Positions 50,391-58,711 of a stretch of 64,000 nt of DNA are shown one piece after another. The DNA comes from Desulfobacterales bacterium (GTDB lineage: Bacteria > Desulfobacterota > Desulfobacteria > Desulfobacterales > UBA5852). A program made the translations under genes and the position numbers. Below the pieces are notes generated by a model that was not told where the DNA came from, did no database searches, and saw only the letters and a list, made by a program, of their open reading frames with translations. Numbering within the stretch: the stretch's first letter is position 1; each line of letters starts with the position of its first letter. The stretch lies in assembly GCA_963674755.2 (NCBI GenBank), contig CAXXVS010000001.1, positions 896,001 through 960,000 of the forward strand. The letters run 5' to 3'.

Positions 50391-53186
50391 ATGCGCTGGA
50401 AATGGGTATGTTTGGGTGTTGTTGTTTTGGTCGCAGCCGCAATGGCGGCGGTCTATGCCGTGCTGGCCAGCTACGACTACAACAAACTCAAGCCGCGCAT
50501 GGCCCGGATGGTCAAAGAGGCTACCGGACGGGAATTGAAACTGGAGGGGGAGGTCGACCTGACGATTGGATTCACCCCCACCTTGGTCGTGCGGAAGGCC
50601 GGTTTTGCCAACGCCCCGTGGGGTTCCCAACCCCAGATGATTCAGGCCGATACGCTTGAAGCGGCGGTGCGGCTGCTGCCCCTGCTGGCGGGAGAGGTGG
50701 TGGTGACGTATGTCGGTCTGTCCGGGGTCGACGTGCTGCTGGAAACCGATGCCAACGGAAAGGGCAACTGGGATTTCAGCGCTGCCCGCGGTTCGGGAAA
50801 GAGGACCGGGAAGTTCCCATCCCTGGGGATCGCTGTGGACCAGATCCGGATAGAAGACCTGCATCTTGCCTATCGCGGGCGCCGGACAGAGAACGAGGCG
50901 CACTATACGATCGACCGTCTGGATGTGGCGCGGCAGGAAGCGGCTGACCGGCTGGCGATCGATCTGCAGGCCCGTTACAACGAAATTCCGGTAGCGCTTT
51001 CCGGCCAAACCGGAGGGCTTCAGGCGCTAAGGGCCCATCAACGGTTTCCGCTCGAACTGTCGGGAACGTTTGCCGGGGCCAAGGTCGAGACCGCAGGGGC
51101 GATCGACGACCTCCTCACGCTTCGGGGTATCGCGCTCAAGACCCATGTCTCCGGGAGCGATCTGGCGGCACTGGGGATCGATAAAACGATTCTGCTCCCC
51201 CAAACGAGCGCTTTCGATGCCACGGGTCTCCTGAAGGGGTCGAAGGCATCCCTCGCCTTGGAAGATTTGACCGGAACCCTCTCCGGCCGAGGGCTGGCTT
51301 TGGCCTTCAGCGGAAGTGTGGGCAACCTGTTTGCTCTCAGCGCCATCGACCTGGAACTGAAGGGCGACGGTAAGAACCTGTCCGTGATCGGACCCATGAT
51401 CGGGCAGAAGCTTCCCGCCACCGAGACGTTCGATTTCCGGGGGCGATTGCAAGGCTCCCCCCAAGGCCTGTCTTTCGAAGAAGCAAAGGCAAACGCCAGG
51501 CGGGGTGACTTGGATGTTGTTTTTGAGGGTGAGATCGGCGACGTGCTTGATTTCAGCGGTCTGGATTTGCAGGTGAGAGCTGCGGGCCGGGATCTGGCCG
51601 AAGTTGGGCCCATGATCGGCGTAACATTGCCGGCCACCGATGATTTTGCCGCTGAGGGGCGGCTGGAGGGGTCCGCCAAGGCCCTTGGCCTGAAAGCCGC
51701 CCAGGGCCGGGCCAAACGGGGCCGTATGAACCTGGCCCTCGACGGCCGGATCCGGAACGTGCTGACGTTGGAGGGCGTGGACCTGAATGTGCAGGGCCGG
51801 GGCCGGAATCTGGAGGATGTGGGGAAGATGATCGCTATGGCGCTCCCGGCGACGGATGCGTTCGAGGTCCGGGGCCGATTGACGGGCTCGGCCAAATCCC
51901 TGTCTTTCCGACACGTCTGGGCCAGTGCCCAGCGGGGTGGTTTGAAGCTGGGATTGAGCGGTGGGATTGATGGGTTGTTCACGGATAAGACCCTCAATTT
52001 GGATGTGCACGCTTCGGGCACGGAGCTGGCCGAAATAGGGCCGCTTGTGGGGGCTGCGCTGCCCGCGCTGGGGCCTTTTGATATAAGTGCCAACCTTGCG
52101 GGTTCGCCGAAAGCCATTTCCCTGAGCGACGTTTCCGCCATTGTGGATAAGAGCGATTTTAAGGGCCAGGTCGAGATGGCGTTCCGCAAGCGCCCCAAAA
52201 TCTCCGTACTCCTGGATTCGTCGGTGATCGATTTTTCACGGTTGATGAACCCCATCGACAAGAAGGCCCAAAAGACTGCCGGCAATCCATCGCCGCAACG
52301 CCATTGGCTCCCTGACGATCCCCTGCCGTTCGATGTCCTCAAAAAAGTGGACGCCGACATCCGCATCAGGGCCCGCGACATCCACGCCCGGGACGCCCGT
52401 CTTGAATTCGGCCACCTGGTCTTGAATCTCGAGAACGGTGATTTCAGCATCGACAGGCTTGAAGCGGCCTACCAAAAAGCAAAAATTTCGGGGCATCTTG
52501 CCATCCGTGATGAAGCGCCGCCGCGCATCGCCCTCGATTTCCTGGTGCAGGGCTTCAACCTGGGCGATTTTCTCAAAGAGACCGGCAAGAGCGACAAGGT
52601 CCAGGCCGTTGTCGATATCGCGGCCCATGGGGAAAGCCGGGGGAATTCGCTGAATGGTCTGGTGGCCCATTTGAACGGCTCCATTGGTGCGGTCATGGGG
52701 AAAGGCTACCTGTCCCGCTATCTCGAGATCCTCTCCGTGAATCTCAGCCAGAAGGTCCTTTCCCTCTGGGACTGGGTCCGGCGCCATCGGGAAAAGGCCG
52801 ACCAGATCAATTGTGCGGTGGTCCAATTCGATATCCAGGAAGGGGTGGCCACCAGCCGGGCCTTTGTGTTCGACAGCCAGCTTGCCGTCCTGACCGGCGA
52901 AGGCGTGCTCAACCTGGGCACCGAACAAATTGATTTTCTGCTCGTTCAGAACTCCCAGGACCCCAGCTTTGGCCTATCCCCCAATCTGCGCGTCCGCGGC
53001 ACATTGTCGGACCCGGTGGTGCGACCGGACAAACTTTCATTACTGACCCAGGGCAGCTGGGCCTTGAGCAGTCTTGCCATCGGGCCGTTAGGGCTGCTGG
53101 CTCCGTTTGTACACTTGGGCGCCCACAAGGCGCACCCCTGTGATGTTCCTGGTATCGGTTTCATCGAAAATCGCACCGCGCCCTAA
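50391..53186 (+). CDS. AsmA family protein with internal 72-aa tandem repeats
   Basis: N-terminal TM, EATGRELKLEG, ANAPWGS, NWDF AsmA N-terminus and INCAVVQF...GTLSDP C-terminus. Confidence 0.88.
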   Translation: MRWKWVCLGVVVLVAAAMAAVYAVLASYDYNKLKPRMARMVKEATGRELKLEGEVDLTIGFTPTLVVRKAGFANAPWGSQPQMIQADTLEAAVRLLPLLAGEVVVTYVGLSGVDVLLETDANGKGNWDFSAARGSGKRTGKFPSLGIAVDQIRIEDLHLAYRGRRTENEAHYTIDRLDVARQEAADRLAIDLQARYNEIPVALSGQTGGLQALRAHQRFPLELSGTFAGAKVETAGAIDDLLTLRGIALKTHVSGSDLAALGIDKTILLPQTSAFDATGLLKGSKASLALEDLTGTLSGRGLALAFSGSVGNLFALSAIDLELKGDGKNLSVIGPMIGQKLPATETFDFRGRLQGSPQGLSFEEAKANARRGDLDVVFEGEIGDVLDFSGLDLQVRAAGRDLAEVGPMIGVTLPATDDFAAEGRLEGSAKALGLKAAQGRAKRGRMNLALDGRIRNVLTLEGVDLNVQGRGRNLEDVGKMIAMALPATDAFEVRGRLTGSAKSLSFRHVWASAQRGGLKLGLSGGIDGLFTDKTLNLDVHASGTELAEIGPLVGAALPALGPFDISANLAGSPKAISLSDVSAIVDKSDFKGQVEMAFRKRPKISVLLDSSVIDFSRLMNPIDKKAQKTAGNPSPQRHWLPDDPLPFDVLKKVDADIRIRARDIHARDARLEFGHLVLNLENGDFSIDRLEAAYQKAKISGHLAIRDEAPPRIALDFLVQGFNLGDFLKETGKSDKVQAVVDIAAHGESRGNSLNGLVAHLNGSIGAVMGKGYLSRYLEILSVNLSQKVLSLWDWVRRHREKADQINCAVVQFDIQEGVATSRAFVFDSQLAVLTGEGVLNLGTEQIDFLLVQNSQDPSFGLSPNLRVRGTLSDPVVRPDKLSLLTQGSWALSSLAIGPLGLLAPFVHLGAHKAHPCDVPGIGFIENRTAP

Positions 53187-53401
53187 TGGGACCGCTCTCC
53201 AGCAGATACACCGGAGGGACAAACGACACCGACGTCTATGGAAGAAGACCCAGCCATACCGTCAATAAACGAAACCATTAAAGGGGTGCAGGCGACCTGG
53301 TAAAACAATCAACCTTCGGCATTGCCCAAAGGGCGGGGGGCCGGTCGGGCGGTGCCGGCGGCAAGGTTTGGTGTTGGATTCAGGATAGCAAGGGAGGCAC
53401 G

Positions 53402-54517
53402 ATGATAGCGAACGACTGGGTATCCCCCGAGGCCATTCTGGGCGCCATGAACGTGGGGGTTTATGTCTGCGACCGCGATCGGCGAATCGCTTACTGGAGC
53501 AAGCGCGCAGAAGCCATTACCGGGTGGCGGGCAGAGGAGGTCATCGGGCATTCCTGCCGCGACAACATCCTCAACCACATCGACAAGGACGGACGCCCCC
53601 TGTGCGGTGAAGAAAGCTGCCCCCTGCACCGAGCCATGGTCACCGGGCGGGAGGCCGATGTGTCGATCATTGTCTTCGCCCAGGGCAAAGACGGCCGGCG
53701 TATCCCCATGCAGGTCAATGTGGCGCCGCTGCGCAACCCCGCCGGAGAAGTCGTCGGCGGCGTGGAAACCTTCCGGGACCTGACCTCCGTGATGCCCGAT
53801 TTGCGCCGCGCCCGGCGGATCCAGCAGCGTCTCCTCGAAGACGCCCTGCCGCAGGACCCGCGGGTGCTTTTCACGACCTTCTATCGCGCCCTGGACATGG
53901 TCGGGGGCGATTTTTACGCCCTCCACGCCGAAACAGAGGACTGCTATGCCTTCATGCTGGCCGATGTGGAGGGGCACGGCCTGGCGGCGGCGTTCAACGG
54001 TATGCACCTGAACTATGTGTGGAACAAATATAGCGACCTGCGGACCGCGCCGAGCGCTTTCGCCGCGGCAGCCAACGACGACCTGGTGCAGGTTTTTGGC
54101 CCGGACAGTTCTTTTGCAACGGCGGTGTGCGGCGTTTTCGACGCCGGCACGGGAACCTTGAGGCTTGCCGGGGCCGGCGGCCCACCGTCTCTCCTGCTCC
54201 AGGCCGGCGCGGAGCCCCGTTGGATTCATGCGCCGGGCATTCCGCTGGGCATTGCGGTCGGCAGCGTCTTTCCTGAAACGAAAACGGTCCTGGCGCCCGG
54301 CGACTGCTTCATGATGTGCACCGACGGCGCTTTCGAAGTGCACAATGCCGCGCAGGAAGAGTTGGGCCCGGACGGTTTCCTGCGGATCATCGAGGCACTG
54401 GAATATCCCCGCCGGGATCTTCAGCTGGAACGCCTGGAGGAGGAATTGCTGAAGTATTCCAACGCCATTCGGCTGCAGGACGATCTCACCATCTTTTTGT
54501 TGGAATACGGCGTGTGA
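53402..54517 (+). CDS. PAS-domain PP2C/SpoIIE (RsbU-like) phosphatase
   Basis: PAS with Cys cluster; VGGDFY, ADVEGHG, TDG and DDLT PP2C motifs. Confidence 0.9.
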   Translation: MIANDWVSPEAILGAMNVGVYVCDRDRRIAYWSKRAEAITGWRAEEVIGHSCRDNILNHIDKDGRPLCGEESCPLHRAMVTGREADVSIIVFAQGKDGRRIPMQVNVAPLRNPAGEVVGGVETFRDLTSVMPDLRRARRIQQRLLEDALPQDPRVLFTTFYRALDMVGGDFYALHAETEDCYAFMLADVEGHGLAAAFNGMHLNYVWNKYSDLRTAPSAFAAAANDDLVQVFGPDSSFATAVCGVFDAGTGTLRLAGAGGPPSLLLQAGAEPRWIHAPGIPLGIAVGSVFPETKTVLAPGDCFMMCTDGAFEVHNAAQEELGPDGFLRIIEALEYPRRDLQLERLEEELLKYSNAIRLQDDLTIFLLEYGV

Positions 54518-54686
54518 CCCCTAAGTGCCGATTGGCATGGGATTGCGTTGCGACCCGCTTTTATTAGGTTCGATATAAGCCCTCCACCTCTGGTGGAGGA
54601 CCCGGAGAGGTTCTACCGATCCGGGGTGCCTTTACATCAATTGGTTCCTTCATTTGCGTTCACGCTATAGCAAAAGGATATCGCTT

Positions 54687-55052
54687 ATGAGCACAGCAAA
54701 AGCCTTATGGTTCGCCATCCTGATGATTTTTTTCACAACCGGGGCCGTTCTGGCGGATGACGGCATCGTGGAGCGCACCGATGTCTGCCGCAAGGGCACA
54801 ATTATTATCAAAACCAGTGACGGCGACTATGTGGCCGCCGATCAGGAAACCATGGCCGACGAAGATCACAGCCCCTGGTCGAATGACGAGAATCCGCCCT
54901 GCTCCTTTTTTGCGGGGGAACACGTATCGGGCGACCTGAGCGGGGTCGGCCCGGTGACGTTGACCAACAGCCGCGGCCGGGAATGCGACTATGTGATCGA
55001 AGGCTCCGGTGACAGCATGCAGGATGCCGAGCAGGCTCTGGGCTGTGAGTGA
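54687..55052 (+). CDS. secreted hypothetical protein
   Basis: AAGGA RBS, signal peptide ending AVLA, four Cys. Confidence 0.7.
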   Translation: MSTAKALWFAILMIFFTTGAVLADDGIVERTDVCRKGTIIIKTSDGDYVAADQETMADEDHSPWSNDENPPCSFFAGEHVSGDLSGVGPVTLTNSRGRECDYVIEGSGDSMQDAEQALGCE

Positions 55053-55104
55053 GAAGGTCCGGCTGGACAGACGATCCTTGCGGCCCTACCTTGGTGGGAA
55101 GTCG

Positions 55105-55215
55105 GTTTTTGCAAAGCATGGGGTCGAGGGACGCTTCAAGGCGTGTGCGATTGTCGCCGACAGTCTTGATATGAATCCCTCCACTCTGCACGCCCGCATG
55201 CGCTAACGCGGGATT
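55105..55215 (+). pseudogene. remnant of a sigma54-activator Fis-type HTH
   Basis: ADSLDMNPSTLHARMR*RGI resembles Fis-type HTH C-termini, with an in-frame stop. Confidence 0.45.
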
Positions 55216-55501
55216 CTAAAATTTTTGAAATTTTAATCCTGGCGTGGAGCACCATTAGGTTCACAACAATCTGAGATACCAACCAAGAGGGAGGCGTATG
55301 GTCTTGGGCTGCGCCATTTCCATGGGAGCAGTGCCGGGCTGCATCGTGACGCCACCCTTAACGCACCAGGATATCGAACAACTGCGGCCCTAAGCAGACG
55401 AGCTTATCAGGAAAATCAATTCCGACATTTTGCACGACATGCAGGCGGAGCAGCGCGTCCAGTTTGAAAAGCAAGCCCAAACCCTAAAAAGGAGAAAAAC
55501 C

Positions 55502-56080
55502 ATGAAAAGAAAGCTGACAAGCATACTCATACTGTCACTGCTGGTCGTCCTGGCCGGGTCGGGGGTGGCCCTGGGAGATGAATATGCCAGCGCCATCAGC
55601 GTATTCAAATCATCGCCCGAGGTGCGGGAGTTTTTCAATAATTGTTACGCCTATGCGGTTTATCCCACCGTGGGCAAGGCCGCCTTGTTGGTGGGGGGCG
55701 CTTTCGGGGAAGGCAAGGTCTACCGTGAAGGCAAGGTGGTCGGAACCTCCAAGATGATGCAGGCCTCTTTCGGCTTGCAGCTCGGCGGCAAGGCCTTCAG
55801 CGAGATCGTCTTCCTGCAGGACAAGCGGGCCTATGACGATTTCACCCGTGGTGAATTCGAATTCGACGCTACGATGTCGGCTACGGCCGTCACGGCCGGC
55901 GCGGAAGCTTCCGCCGGCACGGGCGGCAAGACCGCCGGCGCCACGGCCGGCCCCAAGACCGGGGTTCAGGCCAAAACGGAATACCGCAAAGGAATGGCTG
56001 CCTTCGTGCACCAGAAAGGCGGCCTGATGGCCGGTTTGTCCTTGGGCGGGCAGAAGTTCCATTTCGAGCCCATGAAATAA
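55502..56080 (+). CDS. lipid-binding SYLF/Ysc84 domain protein
   Basis: Signal peptide, YAVYPTVGKA, GEG, SFGLQLGG and GGLM...GQKF motifs. Confidence 0.85.
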   Translation: MKRKLTSILILSLLVVLAGSGVALGDEYASAISVFKSSPEVREFFNNCYAYAVYPTVGKAALLVGGAFGEGKVYREGKVVGTSKMMQASFGLQLGGKAFSEIVFLQDKRAYDDFTRGEFEFDATMSATAVTAGAEASAGTGGKTAGATAGPKTGVQAKTEYRKGMAAFVHQKGGLMAGLSLGGQKFHFEPMK

Positions 56081-56270
56081 TGTCACGGACAGCATGGGGC
56101 TTACTGCGCCGGCGTAGGGGAAATGCTCAAGGGATACGGACAGGCGCAGTTGCTCCTCGGAGCCACCGCTTTTGGCCGTTCCGACGATGCCGTAGACCTA
56201 TTCCTCGGCATGGGGGACTACCGTCCGCCCCGGACCCAGCGCTTCTTTTGGAATTACACCCTTAAGCCAC

Positions 56271-56301
56271 TAACGGGGGTTCGATTCCCCCCGGGGTCAC
56301 C
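56271..56301 (+). repeat. tRNA-Glu 3' fragment (putative att site)
   Basis: TAACGGGGGTTCGATTCCCCCCGGGGTCACC, 29/31 identical to 20242-20272. Confidence 0.85.
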
Positions 56302-56311
56302 GTTGCTTCTG

Positions 56312-56350
56312 AAGCCGCCTGGGGAGTTGCCGGCTCCCCAAGCGGCTTTT
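56312..56350 (+). terminator. intrinsic terminator after the tRNA fragment
   Basis: AAGCCGCCTGGGGAG / CTCCCCAAGCGGCTT hairpin with short T tract. Confidence 0.7.
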
Positions 56351-56399
56351 GAATGCCCAGGCTGACTTTTCCATCTATGGATATCTCATTTTCCCGCTT

Positions 56400-57458
56400 T
56401 TAACGGTTTCGATCATTGTCCGTCAGGGTCATCAAAAAGGCCACGATTTCGTCGACCTCGTCATCCGATAACCCCAGGTTACCGATGTCCGTGGTATTCA
56501 GGTTGTCGGATACCTCCGGCCCCTCCCAATTCGCGACGTCGCGCGTGTTCTTGAATTGGACGATGTGCCTGAGGGTCGGGAAATAGCCGTTGTGGGAATA
56601 GGGGGCCGAAAGACCGACGTTGCGAAGGGTCGGCACCTTGAATTTGCCATCCTGGGCGGGGTCATTCACAACGGGACCCAATCCTAGATCAAGCGGGTTG
56701 CCTTCTAACAGCGGATTAGGCGGGACACCGATGTTGGCATAGGTGTAGTTGGTAAAGAGAGGCCCCTGCCCGGTAGTGTCATCCATTGAATGGCATTGGG
56801 CGCAATTGGTCTCGAAAAGGGCCATACCGCGCTGCTCTTGTGCGGTAAGGATGCCCTGGTCGTAGCGGGCGTTGAACTTTTGGACTTCAACAGAGCGCTC
56901 ATAGGCGGCGATGGCGCGGGCGATGTTGTCGAAAGCGGCATCCACATCATCCAGGGCGCCCGCATCGAACACGTCGATAAATAATTCAGCATAGGCCGCA
57001 TTGCGCACCACCTCCACCACGGCCTCTTTGTCGGGCATGCCCATTTCGAAGGGGTTCAAGGGCGGGCCCTGGGCCTGCTCGGCCAGCGGATCTCCCAAGG
57101 TTGCGCCCGTTGCACGCCCGTCCCAGAACAGGCCGCCAACATAGTTGCCGTTCTCATCCTGCTGTAAAGGCGGACTGTAACCGGCATAGGCCGAGGAGGG
57201 GGCGTTGCGTCCCCCTTTGCTGACCCCGTCGTCCCCCAGGGAAACGACGGTGTAATAGGGGTCGCGGCTGTTGGTGGGGTCGGCAAATCCCGCCACCTGG
57301 TGATGGCAGGTCTGACAGGATTGGGTCGCATTGAACGAAAAGTCCATGTCCTGATACATAATTTTGCCGAGCTGTTCCAGCGGGCTTAAACCGGCCGCCG
57401 ATGCGGCGCCCATCGCAAGCAATAAGATCAGCATAACGGCGAATGTTTGTTTCATCAT
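56400..57458 (-). CDS. di-heme cytochrome c peroxidase (CcpA/MauG family)
   Basis: Signal peptide, CQTCH and CAQCH, RNAPS, FWDGRA, GKFKVPTLRNV. Confidence 0.92.
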   Translation of the reverse strand: MMKQTFAVMLILLLAMGAASAAGLSPLEQLGKIMYQDMDFSFNATQSCQTCHHQVAGFADPTNSRDPYYTVVSLGDDGVSKGGRNAPSSAYAGYSPPLQQDENGNYVGGLFWDGRATGATLGDPLAEQAQGPPLNPFEMGMPDKEAVVEVVRNAAYAELFIDVFDAGALDDVDAAFDNIARAIAAYERSVEVQKFNARYDQGILTAQEQRGMALFETNCAQCHSMDDTTGQGPLFTNYTYANIGVPPNPLLEGNPLDLGLGPVVNDPAQDGKFKVPTLRNVGLSAPYSHNGYFPTLRHIVQFKNTRDVANWEGPEVSDNLNTTDIGNLGLSDDEVDEIVAFLMTLTDNDRNR

Positions 57459-58180
57459 GCGAATTCCTCCTTGGTGTCGTCTCCGGACCGCCAAGCGGTG
57501 CAATCCCTAGGCGGTGGCCCTGCTTGCGTCTCCGGCGCGCACGAGGGCAAGCCGCCGCGACAGCGATGCATCTTCACCTTAATTTGGTCGAAGGGATTGT
57601 TTGGCCTGCAGCCCGAAGGGTTTTCTGAAGTGCGGAAGATCTCAGCGGCCAGCGCCACAGGTGCTGGTCTTATACGCCAACCAGGTGAATGCTCCTTTCT
57701 GTGACGGGTTTGCGAGGATGCGTATGATTCGCTGCACGCAGGGACACGGAATTGATGAGCCGTATTTACTTCTGTAACGATTGGTGCGCCGGAAGGTTAC
57801 AAGCTTTTTTTATACCGGTATGTCTCCGGTCGATGTCGGGAGAAGATGGGAAAGATAAAAAGAGGTTAAGGGGTTTTAATCGCCGAAATGGCGCACTATT
57901 CCTCCGGTTGACGCCCACCGTTCGGAATCGATCAGACGGGAAGGGCCGCAACGCGGGAAAACGCGCGCGGGCCTTGTCCGGAACCAAAATCACCTTCTTG
58001 CGCGCAGGGGCCGGCGTTATTGGGCAACCGGAAACGAGAAGGGGTCCCCAACGGCAGAGGGCGCGGTCCCGATCATCGGTTTGGATGGTGCGCCATCAAT
58101 ACGACATGGCCAGAGGGGCCGGCCGCGGAGCGTGACATTTGCTCCGGGCCGGACCCAACTTGGCCATCGGTCCTTCCGCG

Positions 58181-58540
58181 CTATTTTTTCAGGAAGAGGT
58201 AGGCGGCCAGGCCCAGGAGGACAAAGGCAAATATCTTCTTGAAACTGCCGGTGGAGACATGTTCCACAAGTCTTGCACCGACCTGGGCCCCGATAATGCC
58301 GCCGATCCCCAAGGCGATGCCGAGCCGATAATCCACATTGGCGAGTTTGCCATGGGCCACCAGCGCGGAAATCGAGATCACGAGGATGGCCATAAAGGAG
58401 GTCCCCACGGCCTGCTGGGCGCCGAAGCCCATGAAGAGCAGGAGCGGGACCATCAGGAACCCGCCGCCAAGCCCGGTAAAGGACGCCCCGATGCCCACCA
58501 CAACACCTGCCAGAGCCAATAAAATCAAGTTTGGAGTCAT
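58181..58540 (-). CDS. half-size TauE/SafE (TSUP) family membrane protein
   Basis: GLGGGFLMVP, AVGTS and GIIGAQVGA motifs. Confidence 0.85.
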   Translation of the reverse strand: MTPNLILLALAGVVVGIGASFTGLGGGFLMVPLLLFMGFGAQQAVGTSFMAILVISISALVAHGKLANVDYRLGIALGIGGIIGAQVGARLVEHVSTGSFKKIFAFVLLGLAAYLFLKK

Positions 58541-58711
58541 AAGATTTCTCCCGGAAGAAAGATTGCCAAATCGAGAACTCAACAAGGTCTGAACTCTCGC
58601 TCGTTAATCGCCTGATGATCCGCTTCCATGACGATTGGTCACTTCGGTTGCCCCTTTCGGTTCTCTCCGTCTACTGCGTCTGACCGCTCGATGGATAGCG
58701 GCCCCCCCTTA

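Noticed and set aside
54532..54546. Second sigma54 promoter TTGGCATGGGATTGC
   Set aside because: GG to GC spacing is 9 nt rather than the required 10.
56080..56365. Small ORFs at the island end as an integrase remnant
   Set aside because: No recombinase motif; one ORF runs through the att repeat and terminator.
57459..58180. Riboswitch or hidden gene in the 720-bp gap upstream of the peroxidase
   Set aside because: No recognisable riboswitch consensus and the ORFs lack convincing RBS or protein features; an Rfam scan would settle it.
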